Below are positions 9,901 through 18,938 of a stretch of DNA of 42,687 bases, piece after piece. The position numbers were made by a program, and so were the translations under genes. A model generated the notes under the pieces. The model had not been told where the DNA came from. It saw nothing but the letters and a program-made list of their open reading frames with translations, and did no database searches. Each line of letters begins with the position of its first letter. Positions within the stretch are counted from its first letter, which is position 1. Origin of the DNA: an uncultured Muribaculaceae bacterium (GTDB lineage Bacteria > Bacillota_I > Bacilli_A > RF39 > UBA660); the NCBI GenBank assembly GCA_964438315.1, contig CAYTKH010000001.1, forward strand, positions 1 to 42,687, written 5' to 3'.

Positions 9901-12900
9901 ATCTAATTTTCTATTTTTAAGTTGGTTATTAAGATTAGATATTTGAATATTTAGTTGAGTAGCTATTTTAGTATCTTGATTTGATTTAGACTTTAGTAGT
10001 TCCTCTTTTAATTTAATTTTTTCTTTCATACGTTTTTCTAATTCGTTTTTTTCTTGTTTTAATCTACCTATAGCATTAGAATTGTTTTCTATTTTTTGTT
10101 TATTAATTTCCTTAATAGAATTTTTATTTACTGCTTCAATATTATTTATACTCTTTTGAATATTAGTTAAATCACTATATTTTGGTAATACTTTACCTTT
10201 TAATTCCCTCATGTCTGTTCTAGTCCCTGTTGCTTTATAGTTTTTTTCTAAGTATTCTTGCCATGTGGTATTATTTTGAGAATATTTAGCATCAACTTTA
10301 GCATATTGACCTTGTGTAGGGTCTATCCAAGCTATATCTTCAATATTTACTTCTTTTGAATAAACTTTACCTGTTCCACTATAACTTTCTGCTTCCATTT
10401 TAGATGGACTTACAAATATTCCTTGTTCTATTGGATATGATGAATAAACCGTTATTTTGCCTGTTTTTATTGCATTCTCTATATCTTTTTTCGATAAATC
10501 CGGATTAAATTCATCATAATCTGACCAATTATCATCTTGTAAAGTTTCTTCTAGTGTCTTAATATCATCTACACTTCTTATCCAGGTATGAAGTTCATCA
10601 TTTGCTGGATTTGATTTTTGTATAATTTCATTTTGTTTTTCTTTCAAATTAAAAGAACTATTATCTAATTTTTGTGTATTATTTTGATTATTTTGCATAG
10701 AATATTTAGGTAATGTACCACTCTTGACATTAGTATTAGATTGTGATATATTACCACTAGGTTGGTTGCTTGAACCATCAAATCTAGCTGAACTCATTTC
10801 TGAGTTGGAAGCTACGGATGGCAAGTTGACCAATTTTTTTTGTGGTTTTAGATTTAATATATCATATAAGTATTTTTTTTCATTTGCATCATTTCTTATT
10901 AAAACTGTACCAGTATATACTTTTTCTTGCCCATTGTGATTGAATGAAAAAGTAGTATCATATTTATAAAATCCATACTTAGCATTTACTTTATGACTTT
11001 CATGTTTATATGGCTCCCATTTCCTATTAGTTGAATTTTCTACAATTTCTTTTAAATTAGTAACAGCCCTACCCTTTGCTAATTTTTTTGTTGTTGGTAA
11101 TGATTGAGCTGATTTAGAATAGGCATATTCTCCAGGTAAATCTTCACCTAGATATACTTTTTGACCACTTTCAATAATAGTATAAACATCTCCAATATGG
11201 TTTTCTAAATATTCTTTAATTGTTTGATTTATAGATTTTCCATTATTGTTTTCAAATATATTTTCATTTATTTTTATTCTATTTAATGTTCCATCATTAT
11301 TATAAACTTCTGAAAATTTTGTATTTTTTAGATTACTAATAGACTGTTCAGTTGTAGTATTCCTATAAGCTGTTTCCCATTTATTTTTTAAATCTCTAAT
11401 AAATAAACCTTCTTTAGAATTTCCAGTTATTTTATTAGCAATCTCTATAATTTTATTATAGATTTTTTTAAAAACACTAGGTTCTTTCACAGATAAGTTA
11501 TTAATAAATTCCTGATTCCCAAACAATTGTCCTGAAATATCTGCAATAACTTCACTTGATACATCATTTGTTCCATATGTTTGTTTTAAAGCTTCTAAAG
11601 ATTGATTAAAATCACTGTTTTTACTAGCATAATCTAATATTAATTTTTTCATATTATCTGTTTCAACAGCATGTGTTATCTCATGAGTTAATAAAAATTC
11701 ACCAGCACGTGATGAATTTGGATTTAATCTTATTTCTACTTCGTTATTTTCTAATGTTTTTATTTGAGCATTAACCGATTTATTTTGACTATTTACAATA
11801 GTATCATCAAATAATACATTATAATTTTTATCTTTAATTATCTTATCTATTGTATTTAATAAATCAATCGTCTCTTTTTTATTATTAAAATATTGTGATG
11901 CACTCTTTCTTAGAATATTTGTTTTTTCGTTAGCTGTTGGTAAATATGAATATTTACTATTAATGTTATCACCACTATATTTAATGTCATTTAAGCCATT
12001 TTGAGGCACTACTTTGTTTTTTTGTATATTTATATCAGTTTGTACATTTTCGTTTAAAATTGACTGGTTATTTGCAATATTTTGATTATATACAGCACGT
12101 GGTAATGTTTGCTTAATTGCACCTTTTATATTAGATGCATTTATTGGTGCTTCTAATATACCACCTGTTATAGCTCCTGATATAAAACTTTCTAAAACTG
12201 CATTACCATCTATTTTTTCTCCTTTAGAATAGGTTGCATTTTTTAAATAAGGATTTAGAAGTTCTGATAAAGCTTCTTCACTACCTTCACCAATTATTTT
12301 ATAACCTGCATTTAAAACTTCTTTAACTACTTGATTTGATACTTTATTTAACCCTTTTTCTGCTAGAGTATCTAAATTTAATTTATTAAGAAAATTAGCA
12401 GTTTTAGATAACTTAGTATTTTTAGCAACAGATGCAACCTTTTGAACACCTGGTATTCCTCCAGTTAACCATTCTGTAGCACTCTCTACTGCAGCATTAC
12501 CTACACCATATAAATTGGCTTGTCCTCTATTAGCACCATCGTTATAAGCTTCTTCAACACCACTACCATATGAATTTGCTCCCATTGATAACATAGCCCC
12601 CGCATTACCTACACCAGTATATCCTAAAGCTATACTAGGTAACATGTTTCCAATTCCTTCGGTTATAGCACCTGCAAAATTATTACTTTTAATTAAAGAA
12701 TTATCATCGATTGTTTGTTGTAATGTTTTACCATTTGGTAGCACTTTATTATATCCTAGTGTTTCATTAAATAAATGTTGTTTTCCGTTATCTTGGATAA
12801 TTTCTTTTGCAATATTTTGATAGTCATTTAATTTTGATTGGTCTTTACTCCATGGTGTTTCACCTGTTGCAATCCACATTCCAGGATTATATTTAGAAGA

Positions 12901-13215
12901 ACCTAATTGAATTAATGGATCTACAATCATATGCTCTAATCCACCTACTACACCTTTTAATGCTTGTGATTTTAATCCTACTAATGTACCTGGTACCTTT
13001 AATATATTCTTTCCTATTGTTTCTAAATTTGATTTAAAATCATTATCTTTACTATAAACAACTTTACCAGGCGAAATAGTAGTTTTGTTTATTAATTCAA
13101 TATCACTAGAAGTAGCATTATTATTTCCTAATTTATTTTTAGCATTAGTTAAATTTATGATTCTTTCTTCTTGTTCTTCCCACTCTCTACCATTCCATAT
13201 TTTCAAATGAATCAC
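6931..13215 (-). CDS. Giant 2094-aa polyvalent virion protein (ejection or tape-measure-like), with a zincin HExxH motif
   Basis: Gly/Ala-rich hydrophobic segments at aa ~180-360. LLTHEITHAVE at aa 508-518 (nt ~11671..11685). A K/E-rich coiled coil near aa 1000-1130. TMP-like hydrophobic repeats in the C-terminal third. The start is GTG at 13215, or possibly TTG at 13206. Confidence 0.55.
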   Translation of the reverse strand: MIHLKIWNGREWEEQEERIINLTNAKNKLGNNNATSSDIELINKTTISPGKVVYSKDNDFKSNLETIGKNILKVPGTLVGLKSQALKGVVGGLEHMIVDPLIQLGSSKYNPGMWIATGETPWSKDQSKLNDYQNIAKEIIQDNGKQHLFNETLGYNKVLPNGKTLQQTIDDNSLIKSNNFAGAITEGIGNMLPSIALGYTGVGNAGAMLSMGANSYGSGVEEAYNDGANRGQANLYGVGNAAVESATEWLTGGIPGVQKVASVAKNTKLSKTANFLNKLNLDTLAEKGLNKVSNQVVKEVLNAGYKIIGEGSEEALSELLNPYLKNATYSKGEKIDGNAVLESFISGAITGGILEAPINASNIKGAIKQTLPRAVYNQNIANNQSILNENVQTDINIQKNKVVPQNGLNDIKYSGDNINSKYSYLPTANEKTNILRKSASQYFNNKKETIDLLNTIDKIIKDKNYNVLFDDTIVNSQNKSVNAQIKTLENNEVEIRLNPNSSRAGEFLLTHEITHAVETDNMKKLILDYASKNSDFNQSLEALKQTYGTNDVSSEVIADISGQLFGNQEFINNLSVKEPSVFKKIYNKIIEIANKITGNSKEGLFIRDLKNKWETAYRNTTTEQSISNLKNTKFSEVYNNDGTLNRIKINENIFENNNGKSINQTIKEYLENHIGDVYTIIESGQKVYLGEDLPGEYAYSKSAQSLPTTKKLAKGRAVTNLKEIVENSTNRKWEPYKHESHKVNAKYGFYKYDTTFSFNHNGQEKVYTGTVLIRNDANEKKYLYDILNLKPQKKLVNLPSVASNSEMSSARFDGSSNQPSGNISQSNTNVKSGTLPKYSMQNNQNNTQKLDNSSFNLKEKQNEIIQKSNPANDELHTWIRSVDDIKTLEETLQDDNWSDYDEFNPDLSKKDIENAIKTGKITVYSSYPIEQGIFVSPSKMEAESYSGTGKVYSKEVNIEDIAWIDPTQGQYAKVDAKYSQNNTTWQEYLEKNYKATGTRTDMRELKGKVLPKYSDLTNIQKSINNIEAVNKNSIKEINKQKIENNSNAIGRLKQEKNELEKRMKEKIKLKEELLKSKSNQDTKIATQLNIQISNLNNQLKNRKLDYDRRIKFLENKNKTMQSKEFKIKEQRITKKQQYIDLAYKLTENMVDWNDKTSGLKYKINTMERNLYDMMPKHEAESMYNTYFKPITDNNAKIEQFITSYNERVKKLNLNQRESIAVQMLGEYKYNSETLLTGLQVDEYIEKNKLNYNKLSTSVEEFRKIYDELLPKINAILKEQGYPEIDYRKGYFPHFIEETRQTKFSKLAEKLGFKVNNQELPTDIAGTTDLFKPGKTYFKNSQRRMGKITDYDALKGFDNYIRGAADLIFHTEDIQKLRALETVIRTQYTDKSIRDTIEKISNNPEYDMEQKQALIDLEFAKINNPLPNFVTELRDYTDSLANKKDVGDRGMEHLFGRNSYTIMKNIQSRVSANMVGFNISSALTNFIPITQAWGEVSTKNMAKAIKDSIANQFHNDGFDNCSTFLINRTKSADRLYKTKLDTINDKASVIFEAVDSITANVIVRGKYYDNIEKGMTELQAINNANNFAKSIMGGRDKGSMPTIFNKQSAFTKLLTAFQLEVNNQFGYMLKDLPRNLSNEAKHKLVSAFLKIFVGAWLYNKFSKSLTGRDSAFSPIDIAYDSIKTATNDNLSIGDKLSEVSKDLAGELPFVGGVFGGGRLPIQAAIPNTDDVLKNIPDAFTSDKARKTLYKELSKPIFYIAMPFGGGQLKKTIEGAKMYSKKLPTAGSYTDSGNLRFTADKSPIGVGKALLFGQYSSKEAQDYIESGYKTIKSTKISEMKDLQMNSTEYRNYNQGLTKAGKKNIDKVDYINKLEDITVNQKNIMLKNVIDKSDKDNLDKLNMSESQKNEYYNLKVKMSSIKSEKVKKSSDKHKEIADLCLNSNLSDEQLAHLYSKYYSDESKVNDIIAMKIPIREFIKYNSQEFESDYDGKGVISDSKKNKVLNYINGLNLNISQKAILAKMTYKSYKKYDNNILKYINSLNMSKYEKSTFAKKIGFSNYDDYLIKYILESNITKYEKSEKLKELGFTIKDNKIYK

Positions 13216-13218
13216 CCC

Positions 13219-14298
13219 CTATTTGACTGCTAGTCTAGTTTGATAGCCGTCTATTGGTTCATATGTCATTTTAGAACCGTTCCAAATCCATGCTTGACCG
13301 TTATTTGTTACCCAAACTTTTTGATTAGATACGTTTACACCACTACTATTTTTAAAGTTTTTATTTGCAGTCCATTCACCTACTGTCATTACTTTATTTC
13401 CTCTTTTGGCAGTGGTTAAACTTCCATAATCTTTACCTTCATAAATTACACCCTTTGGTTGATATTCAATACCGTTTTTATCTTTAGTTCCAAATGTGCC
13501 ATATTTATTTATAGCAGCCTTTTGTTCATCTGTCATATTTCCTTTATAATAGTTAGTTTCTAGTTTAATATCTGATGTTCCATCTGTTAATTCAGGAGCA
13601 GAAGTCCCCACAGAAGTCTTTAATGAATACCATTTTTGAGCATTAGCGATAGCATCTTGTTGTTTTTGGTATTCTATTTGTTGCTTTTGTAAAGCTAAAT
13701 TCTCATTGTATTGTCTTATCGCTTCTTGTCTTGCTAATTCCGCTTGTTGATTTTCATATTCTTGTTGCTTATTAGCCAAATAATTACTATAAACAGTATT
13801 GTATTGATTTAAGGCTTTATCATTAATAGATTGTTGTAAATTAGCTAAATTATTGCCATACTCGTTTTCAAGATTAAGCCTATTGGTATTATAAGTTAAT
13901 AGTGTATTATTTTTTTCCTTTTCCAAATTTCTTAAATCAGTGGTTTTTTGATTTAATACAGCTGTTAAATTATTTCCATAGTCATTATTAATTTCATTAA
14001 CTTGACTACCTACTATTCCTTGTGTTCCTAAACCTGCTCTATTCATTGCACTTTGATTTTGTTTTAAAGCCATTAATTTAGCTACATATAATTGTTTTGC
14101 ATTATCAGTAGCTGTTTGATTAATATCTCCTTTATTTGCATTTAAATTATAAATTGAAGCATCTTGTTGTGCTTGTAATTGATTTAATGTATTTTGCTTG
14201 CTTTGGTTTAATTGGTCTATTAAATACTGATTACTTTGCCTTATTTCGTCTGCATATCGTTTGGCTCTTTCATTTGCTTCTCTCATCCATTCATTCAT
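13219..14298 (-). CDS. Q/N-rich coiled-coil tail protein (needle/plug-like) with a beta-rich C-terminal domain
   Basis: About 220 aa of heptad-like Q/N/L repeats, followed by a globular C-terminus. Its position after the hub-like gene matches a P22-style order. Confidence 0.3.
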   Translation of the reverse strand: MNEWMREANERAKRYADEIRQSNQYLIDQLNQSKQNTLNQLQAQQDASIYNLNANKGDINQTATDNAKQLYVAKLMALKQNQSAMNRAGLGTQGIVGSQVNEINNDYGNNLTAVLNQKTTDLRNLEKEKNNTLLTYNTNRLNLENEYGNNLANLQQSINDKALNQYNTVYSNYLANKQQEYENQQAELARQEAIRQYNENLALQKQQIEYQKQQDAIANAQKWYSLKTSVGTSAPELTDGTSDIKLETNYYKGNMTDEQKAAINKYGTFGTKDKNGIEYQPKGVIYEGKDYGSLTTAKRGNKVMTVGEWTANKNFKNSSGVNVSNQKVWVTNNGQAWIWNGSKMTYEPIDGYQTRLAVK

Positions 14299-14304
14299 AA
14301 TTCA

Positions 14305-16143
14305 TCACTCTCCTTTATATCTTCCAGCAAGTACATACTCACATAATAATCGTTCAAAACTCATCAAATGATTTGTATTATTTTTTACATAGAACTTAAC
14401 AAACATAAAATTTTTTATTCTTTCTTTTTCACTTATTGTTTTAGGAAAATCATCAGTTAAATTTTCATATAATTTAGTAATAATTTCACTATCGCCATCA
14501 TCTAATTCATAGCCAAATGTTATATGCGAACTAAAAAAAGGATTTAAAATCAATGTAACTCTTTTAATTGTTTTAGCATATCTATTTGTATCTAAGTTCA
14601 AAAATGGCGTTTCCCAATAAACATTTACTGGTTCATCTATATCTAAATATTCATCTGTAAATTCACATATTTTTCCATCTATTGTGCCAAAGTATAATTT
14701 ATTATTCCATGAAAAAAATATCCTCGCTGGAATATTATCCCAATAATACCATTCATATTGATATTGTTCTGTTTTTGCATTTTTTGGATAACTTAAATAT
14801 CTAGAATCTGCTATATAAACATGATTATTAATTCCTATATAGTATTTACCATCTACAGATATACCTATAGCTTCTTCTAAATTTGGTTCTTTTAAAAGTT
14901 TTCCATTAATATAATAACTTCTTTGCATAGCATACTTTTCATTATCAATTCCACCATTTACTATTGCAAACACACCTTGTTCGGTTAAAGTTAATGGATC
15001 ATTTAATAAATTAGCATTGGCATATTTACTAATGCAACCTATATTTTTAACTCCATCTTTTAATGGAAATATTTCTTTTTCATCTAGTAAATTATAACTT
15101 CTAAAATAAACTGTATTATCAGTATCACTGTGTTTTTTTTGTATAGCTAAGGTACCATCATTCAATTTACTATAATTTATTATTGGTTCAACACCTATTT
15201 TTGTAAAATTTTCATCTGGCCAATATAATGGATTTTCTTGTTCACAATGATAATCATAATTAGGATAATCTTTATTACCTGATGCAAATATTCTATTATT
15301 GTTTCCCTCATAACCATATAATGTCGCTATAGTACAGTTATTGATTATATCAGCATTTCCATCTTTTACTTTTTTAAACAAGACTTTTAAATTATCTACA
15401 CCTTCTATTGGACTTAATCCTGGATTACAGTTTAATACACCTGCTACTTTATCAACCGTATATTCTATATTTTCCCACTCTGCACTATCAGTTAGTTTTT
15501 GTACTAGTTCTATACTATCAATATCGTTTTCACTTAATTTAAATGATGTTTGTACCTCATATGTAGGATTACCAGAACTATCTAGTTCTTTCTCTATATT
15601 TTCTACTAAAAAAGTATTTATTTGATATGGTGATACAAGATTTTCTTTTTCATATGCCACACCTCCACCGTTTCTATTTCTTGAAATAGAAGTTGTTGGG
15701 ATATAACCGCATTCGTCTAAAAATTTAGCTTGATAGTTTATTCCATCAAATTTAGAAAATACTACAGTTCTAACACCATCAAATATTATTAAATATTCAT
15801 TAAAGTAAAGTCCTTTACTTTTACTATTACTCATACCAGTTAATATTTCCAAAAAATTTTTAAAGTCACTAGTAGTCTGATATAATTTGTTTCCAGAATG
15901 TACTAAAAATAAGTCTGTATCGGTGTCTATATTCCATACACCATTAATACAAGTACCTATTGTATTCACAACTTGGTAACCGTTTCTTGTTTCATTAAAT
16001 CCATTATTATTAATGATGTTTTTAGCATTCGGACTTCTTTTTTTATCTACTTGAAGTGGTGACGATGTAAAGTCTACACCTTTAAAGTCTGTTATTTCAT
16101 ATGCATATCTTTCCTTTTGACTAGGTATATTAAATTGTGCCAT
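14305..16143 (-). CDS. Large tail hub/nozzle-like structural protein
   Basis: 612 aa. ATG at 16143 overlaps the upstream stop (TAATG). Position is between the adaptor-like and needle-like genes. Confidence 0.3.
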   Translation of the reverse strand: MAQFNIPSQKERYAYEITDFKGVDFTSSPLQVDKKRSPNAKNIINNNGFNETRNGYQVVNTIGTCINGVWNIDTDTDLFLVHSGNKLYQTTSDFKNFLEILTGMSNSKSKGLYFNEYLIIFDGVRTVVFSKFDGINYQAKFLDECGYIPTTSISRNRNGGGVAYEKENLVSPYQINTFLVENIEKELDSSGNPTYEVQTSFKLSENDIDSIELVQKLTDSAEWENIEYTVDKVAGVLNCNPGLSPIEGVDNLKVLFKKVKDGNADIINNCTIATLYGYEGNNNRIFASGNKDYPNYDYHCEQENPLYWPDENFTKIGVEPIINYSKLNDGTLAIQKKHSDTDNTVYFRSYNLLDEKEIFPLKDGVKNIGCISKYANANLLNDPLTLTEQGVFAIVNGGIDNEKYAMQRSYYINGKLLKEPNLEEAIGISVDGKYYIGINNHVYIADSRYLSYPKNAKTEQYQYEWYYWDNIPARIFFSWNNKLYFGTIDGKICEFTDEYLDIDEPVNVYWETPFLNLDTNRYAKTIKRVTLILNPFFSSHITFGYELDDGDSEIITKLYENLTDDFPKTISEKERIKNFMFVKFYVKNNTNHLMSFERLLCEYVLAGRYKGE

Positions 16144-16736
16144 TAGTACCACCCATATACACTTACAAATTGAGAATTATTATCTTTTGAATATTTGTTA
16201 TCAACTTGTGCTTCAAATTCATTTCGATACATGGTGGCTTGGGCTATATCATCATCTTTATATAATTGGCTAGCAATATAAAGTGGTAAAATCATTAAAT
16301 TTTCTATATGATTTTTAATTTCAGTATCATCTGTTGTATTTGTATCAACTAATTCAGGATATGCTTCATAAATTATAGTTACTTTATCATTCTTTTCTAA
16401 TTTAGGTATTTCAATTATTTCATCGGTTACAAGTTTATAAAGATTGTTTTCTTTACCAAAAACTACGAACTTGTATAATTTATAATAATCAGGTATAAGC
16501 TCTTTTAAATTATATAGTGTAGTTGTCCCATCACATATTATTTCGTGCGTTTTTAATATTTCACGGCCTCTTCTCATACATATTATTAGTCCTTCATTTA
16601 AAGCTTGGTTGAACATATTTAAATATGTATGATACTTTTTGTCATCTTTATATTTATCTAAATTTTCAATATCAATAGGTTTGCTGTTTAAATACATTTT
16701 TTTCAATGTTTCTATTTTTAATTCTCCTAAAGTCAT
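16143..16736 (-). CDS. Head-to-tail adaptor-like structural protein
   Basis: 197-aa ORF downstream of the capsid gene, translationally coupled to the hub-like gene. Confidence 0.3.
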   Translation of the reverse strand: MTLGELKIETLKKMYLNSKPIDIENLDKYKDDKKYHTYLNMFNQALNEGLIICMRRGREILKTHEIICDGTTTLYNLKELIPDYYKLYKFVVFGKENNLYKLVTDEIIEIPKLEKNDKVTIIYEAYPELVDTNTTDDTEIKNHIENLMILPLYIASQLYKDDDIAQATMYRNEFEAQVDNKYSKDNNSQFVSVYGWY

Positions 16737-16752
16737 AAATCACCTACTTATT

Positions 16753-16977
16753 CTATTTTTGTTCGCTTTGTTTTCTTAATTTTTCTTGCTCTTCATCGAA
16801 TTCTATTTCTGCTCCCATTTGTTCAGCTTCTTTAAATGCCTGTAATAAATTAGTTAAAACAGCTCCATAGCAACTATCTTCTACATGAAGTGTTTTTGCT
16901 ACTTTAATTCCTTCCTCTACTTGAATATTTAATGTTTCAACAATGGCTTTTTTGTTTTGTTTTATTTTTTCTTTCAT
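16753..16977 (-). CDS. Small head/neck-associated protein
   Basis: 74-aa ORF, the first gene after the post-capsid terminator. Confidence 0.3.
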   Translation of the reverse strand: MKEKIKQNKKAIVETLNIQVEEGIKVAKTLHVEDSCYGAVLTNLLQAFKEAEQMGAEIEFDEEQEKLRKQSEQK

Positions 16978-17037
16978 ATTTTTTCTCTCTTTCTACGAGT
17001 TTGTGAGAATTGCACTCACCATTAACTTTTAACTCGA

Positions 17038-17076
17038 TATAAAAAAGTAAACAGTTTTCTTTTTTTACTGTCTACT
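17038..17076 (-). terminator. Rho-independent terminator/attenuator after the major capsid gene
   Basis: Minus-strand RNA has a 10-bp stem, AGUAGACAGU...ACUGUUUACU (one G.U pair), an 11-nt A-rich loop, and then UUUUUAU. Confidence 0.6.
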
Positions 17077-17104
17077 TTTATCTTATCACTTCATTTTTCT
17101 ATTC

Positions 17105-18109
17105 TTAAAGGGCTGTACCGCCAGTTACACCACCAACGGCAATAGAACGCCAATCATTAGCACCACAAACAAATCTTGCACGACCACGAATAGCATTGTT
17201 ATCATTGTTTTTATCAACATCAGATGTAACTTTTAATTTTAACCTATCTTGGAATACTAAACCAAAATGATTTTCATTATAGTTAGTATCTTCAATAAAG
17301 AATGGTTTATCACTATTACTATTATTTAAAATTGGATTTAAATATGGATTAATTAATACATTCCAACGACCATATTGATAATTAAATGCATTATTTGAAG
17401 TTTCTGGTGCTTTATCAGAACCTATTGCTTTAAATACAGCATTTTTTAATGTGTAATCATTTGGAATTATAATTAAATTTGGTGATATAGTTAATACTTC
17501 ACCATTATCATCTCTATAATCTTGCATTTTAGTTTCAATTTTTCCTAAAATTGTTTCACTAAATGCTCCTGCAAATTTATTAGATTGGTTACCATAATTT
17601 CCTGTTTTACTTGGATGTGATGTACTAAATAATGAAACACCATCTGCACTCTTGCAATCCATAGTTTTACCACGGAAACTAGTACTTGTTCCATATGTGG
17701 CACCAATTAATAATTGAGCTCCATATTTTTCACGTGTCAAATAATAATCTTCAATGAAATTTCCAGCCCCAGTTTTATGTAAATCTAAAACTTGAGCATC
17801 TTCAACAGCCTCTTGTGTAATAAAGAAGCTATTTTTCCAAGTTATATTTGATAATAACTTATCATATGTTCCTTCCATTTCGTCTGTTGGATATGCACCA
17901 CCTTCTCCAACTGGTTGCATACCATTTGCAAAACCATTCATTCCACCATATGACTCTGCAAAGTGTTCACTTGTAGTCATTTTAAATACATTTTTTACTA
18001 ATGAACTTTGTTCATAAGCTTTAGCCCTTTTTTCTAAATATGCTTTTAATGGAGCCTGAATTTTACCAAATACGGTATCATTCATTCCACTTGCTATACT
18101 AAATATCAT
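17105..18109 (-). CDS. Major capsid protein
   Basis: 334 aa, downstream of the scaffold gene and followed by a strong terminator. The composition is typical of HK97-fold coat proteins. Confidence 0.6.
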   Translation of the reverse strand: MIFSIASGMNDTVFGKIQAPLKAYLEKRAKAYEQSSLVKNVFKMTTSEHFAESYGGMNGFANGMQPVGEGGAYPTDEMEGTYDKLLSNITWKNSFFITQEAVEDAQVLDLHKTGAGNFIEDYYLTREKYGAQLLIGATYGTSTSFRGKTMDCKSADGVSLFSTSHPSKTGNYGNQSNKFAGAFSETILGKIETKMQDYRDDNGEVLTISPNLIIIPNDYTLKNAVFKAIGSDKAPETSNNAFNYQYGRWNVLINPYLNPILNNSNSDKPFFIEDTNYNENHFGLVFQDRLKLKVTSDVDKNNDNNAIRGRARFVCGANDWRSIAVGGVTGGTAL

Positions 18110-18126
18110 ATCTTATCATTCCTTCC

Positions 18127-18528
18127 TTATCTTCTAAACATTCCACGAACCATTGAACCTACTGTTGTTCCTTCAAGTTCTGTTATGGTAAATACGCCTG
18201 ATGTTTTTGTGGATGTTACTTTTAAACCATCAGTACTAATAGTTACAGCATCACCAACGGCTAATGTTGCATTTTCTGCTGGTGCTGCACTAAGTTCAGT
18301 TTGATAAATATCATTTTCCATCAAACGAACTACTGGTGCTACAACATTAGTACCTGCCTCTCTTACCCCTACAGATACAAATTCAGGTTTATCTGCACCA
18401 CTTGCTTTAGTAAGTTTACCACCTGAAATTTTTAATAATTCACCTACAGCTATTGCTTCATTGTCTGTTACTAATAATTCTTCAATAAGCTGACTTTTTG
18501 GTGCATTTGTTGAATAAAATTTAAACAT
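18127..18528 (-). CDS. Head-associated protein (possible decoration or capsid accessory)
   Basis: 133-aa ORF immediately upstream of the capsid gene. Confidence 0.3.
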   Translation of the reverse strand: MFKFYSTNAPKSQLIEELLVTDNEAIAVGELLKISGGKLTKASGADKPEFVSVGVREAGTNVVAPVVRLMENDIYQTELSAAPAENATLAVGDAVTISTDGLKVTSTKTSGVFTITELEGTTVGSMVRGMFRR

Positions 18529-18541
18529 AATATCATCCCTT

Positions 18542-18937
18542 CTATATATTTTCGAACCATTTTTTTAGTTCCTCTTGATCTAATGTAGATAATTTTTTAA
18601 AATCATCGGAAGCAATATAATCCTTTGCATGAGTATAATTTTTAAATCCTCTTGCTTTAACAATTATATTTTTATCTTGTTCAATTTCCTTGCATTCATC
18701 TTCATTCAATATTTCTTCATCTACAGCATCTTTATCTAATATATCATCTAATACAATTTCATCGTTAGGAACATTATCTTGAATTGATACATCTTCATCC
18801 GATACTTTACTTTTATCAGTTGTATCATTTGGTTGATGTTCTTTAATATATTTTATTAGTTCTTCTTTTGAAGTACCAATAACCTTTTCCATTCCTAACT
18901 CTTTAGCTTTAATTTGTAAATCCTTATAACTTTCCAT
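18542..18937 (-). CDS. Acidic head-module protein with an N-terminal HeH/Rho_N-like motif
   Basis: LQIKAKELGMEKVIGTSKEELIKYIKEH resembles the Rho N-terminal/SAP-like helix-extension-helix. Confidence 0.35.
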   Translation of the reverse strand: MESYKDLQIKAKELGMEKVIGTSKEELIKYIKEHQPNDTTDKSKVSDEDVSIQDNVPNDEIVLDDILDKDAVDEEILNEDECKEIEQDKNIIVKARGFKNYTHAKDYIASDDFKKLSTLDQEELKKWFENI

Positions 18938-18938
18938 T

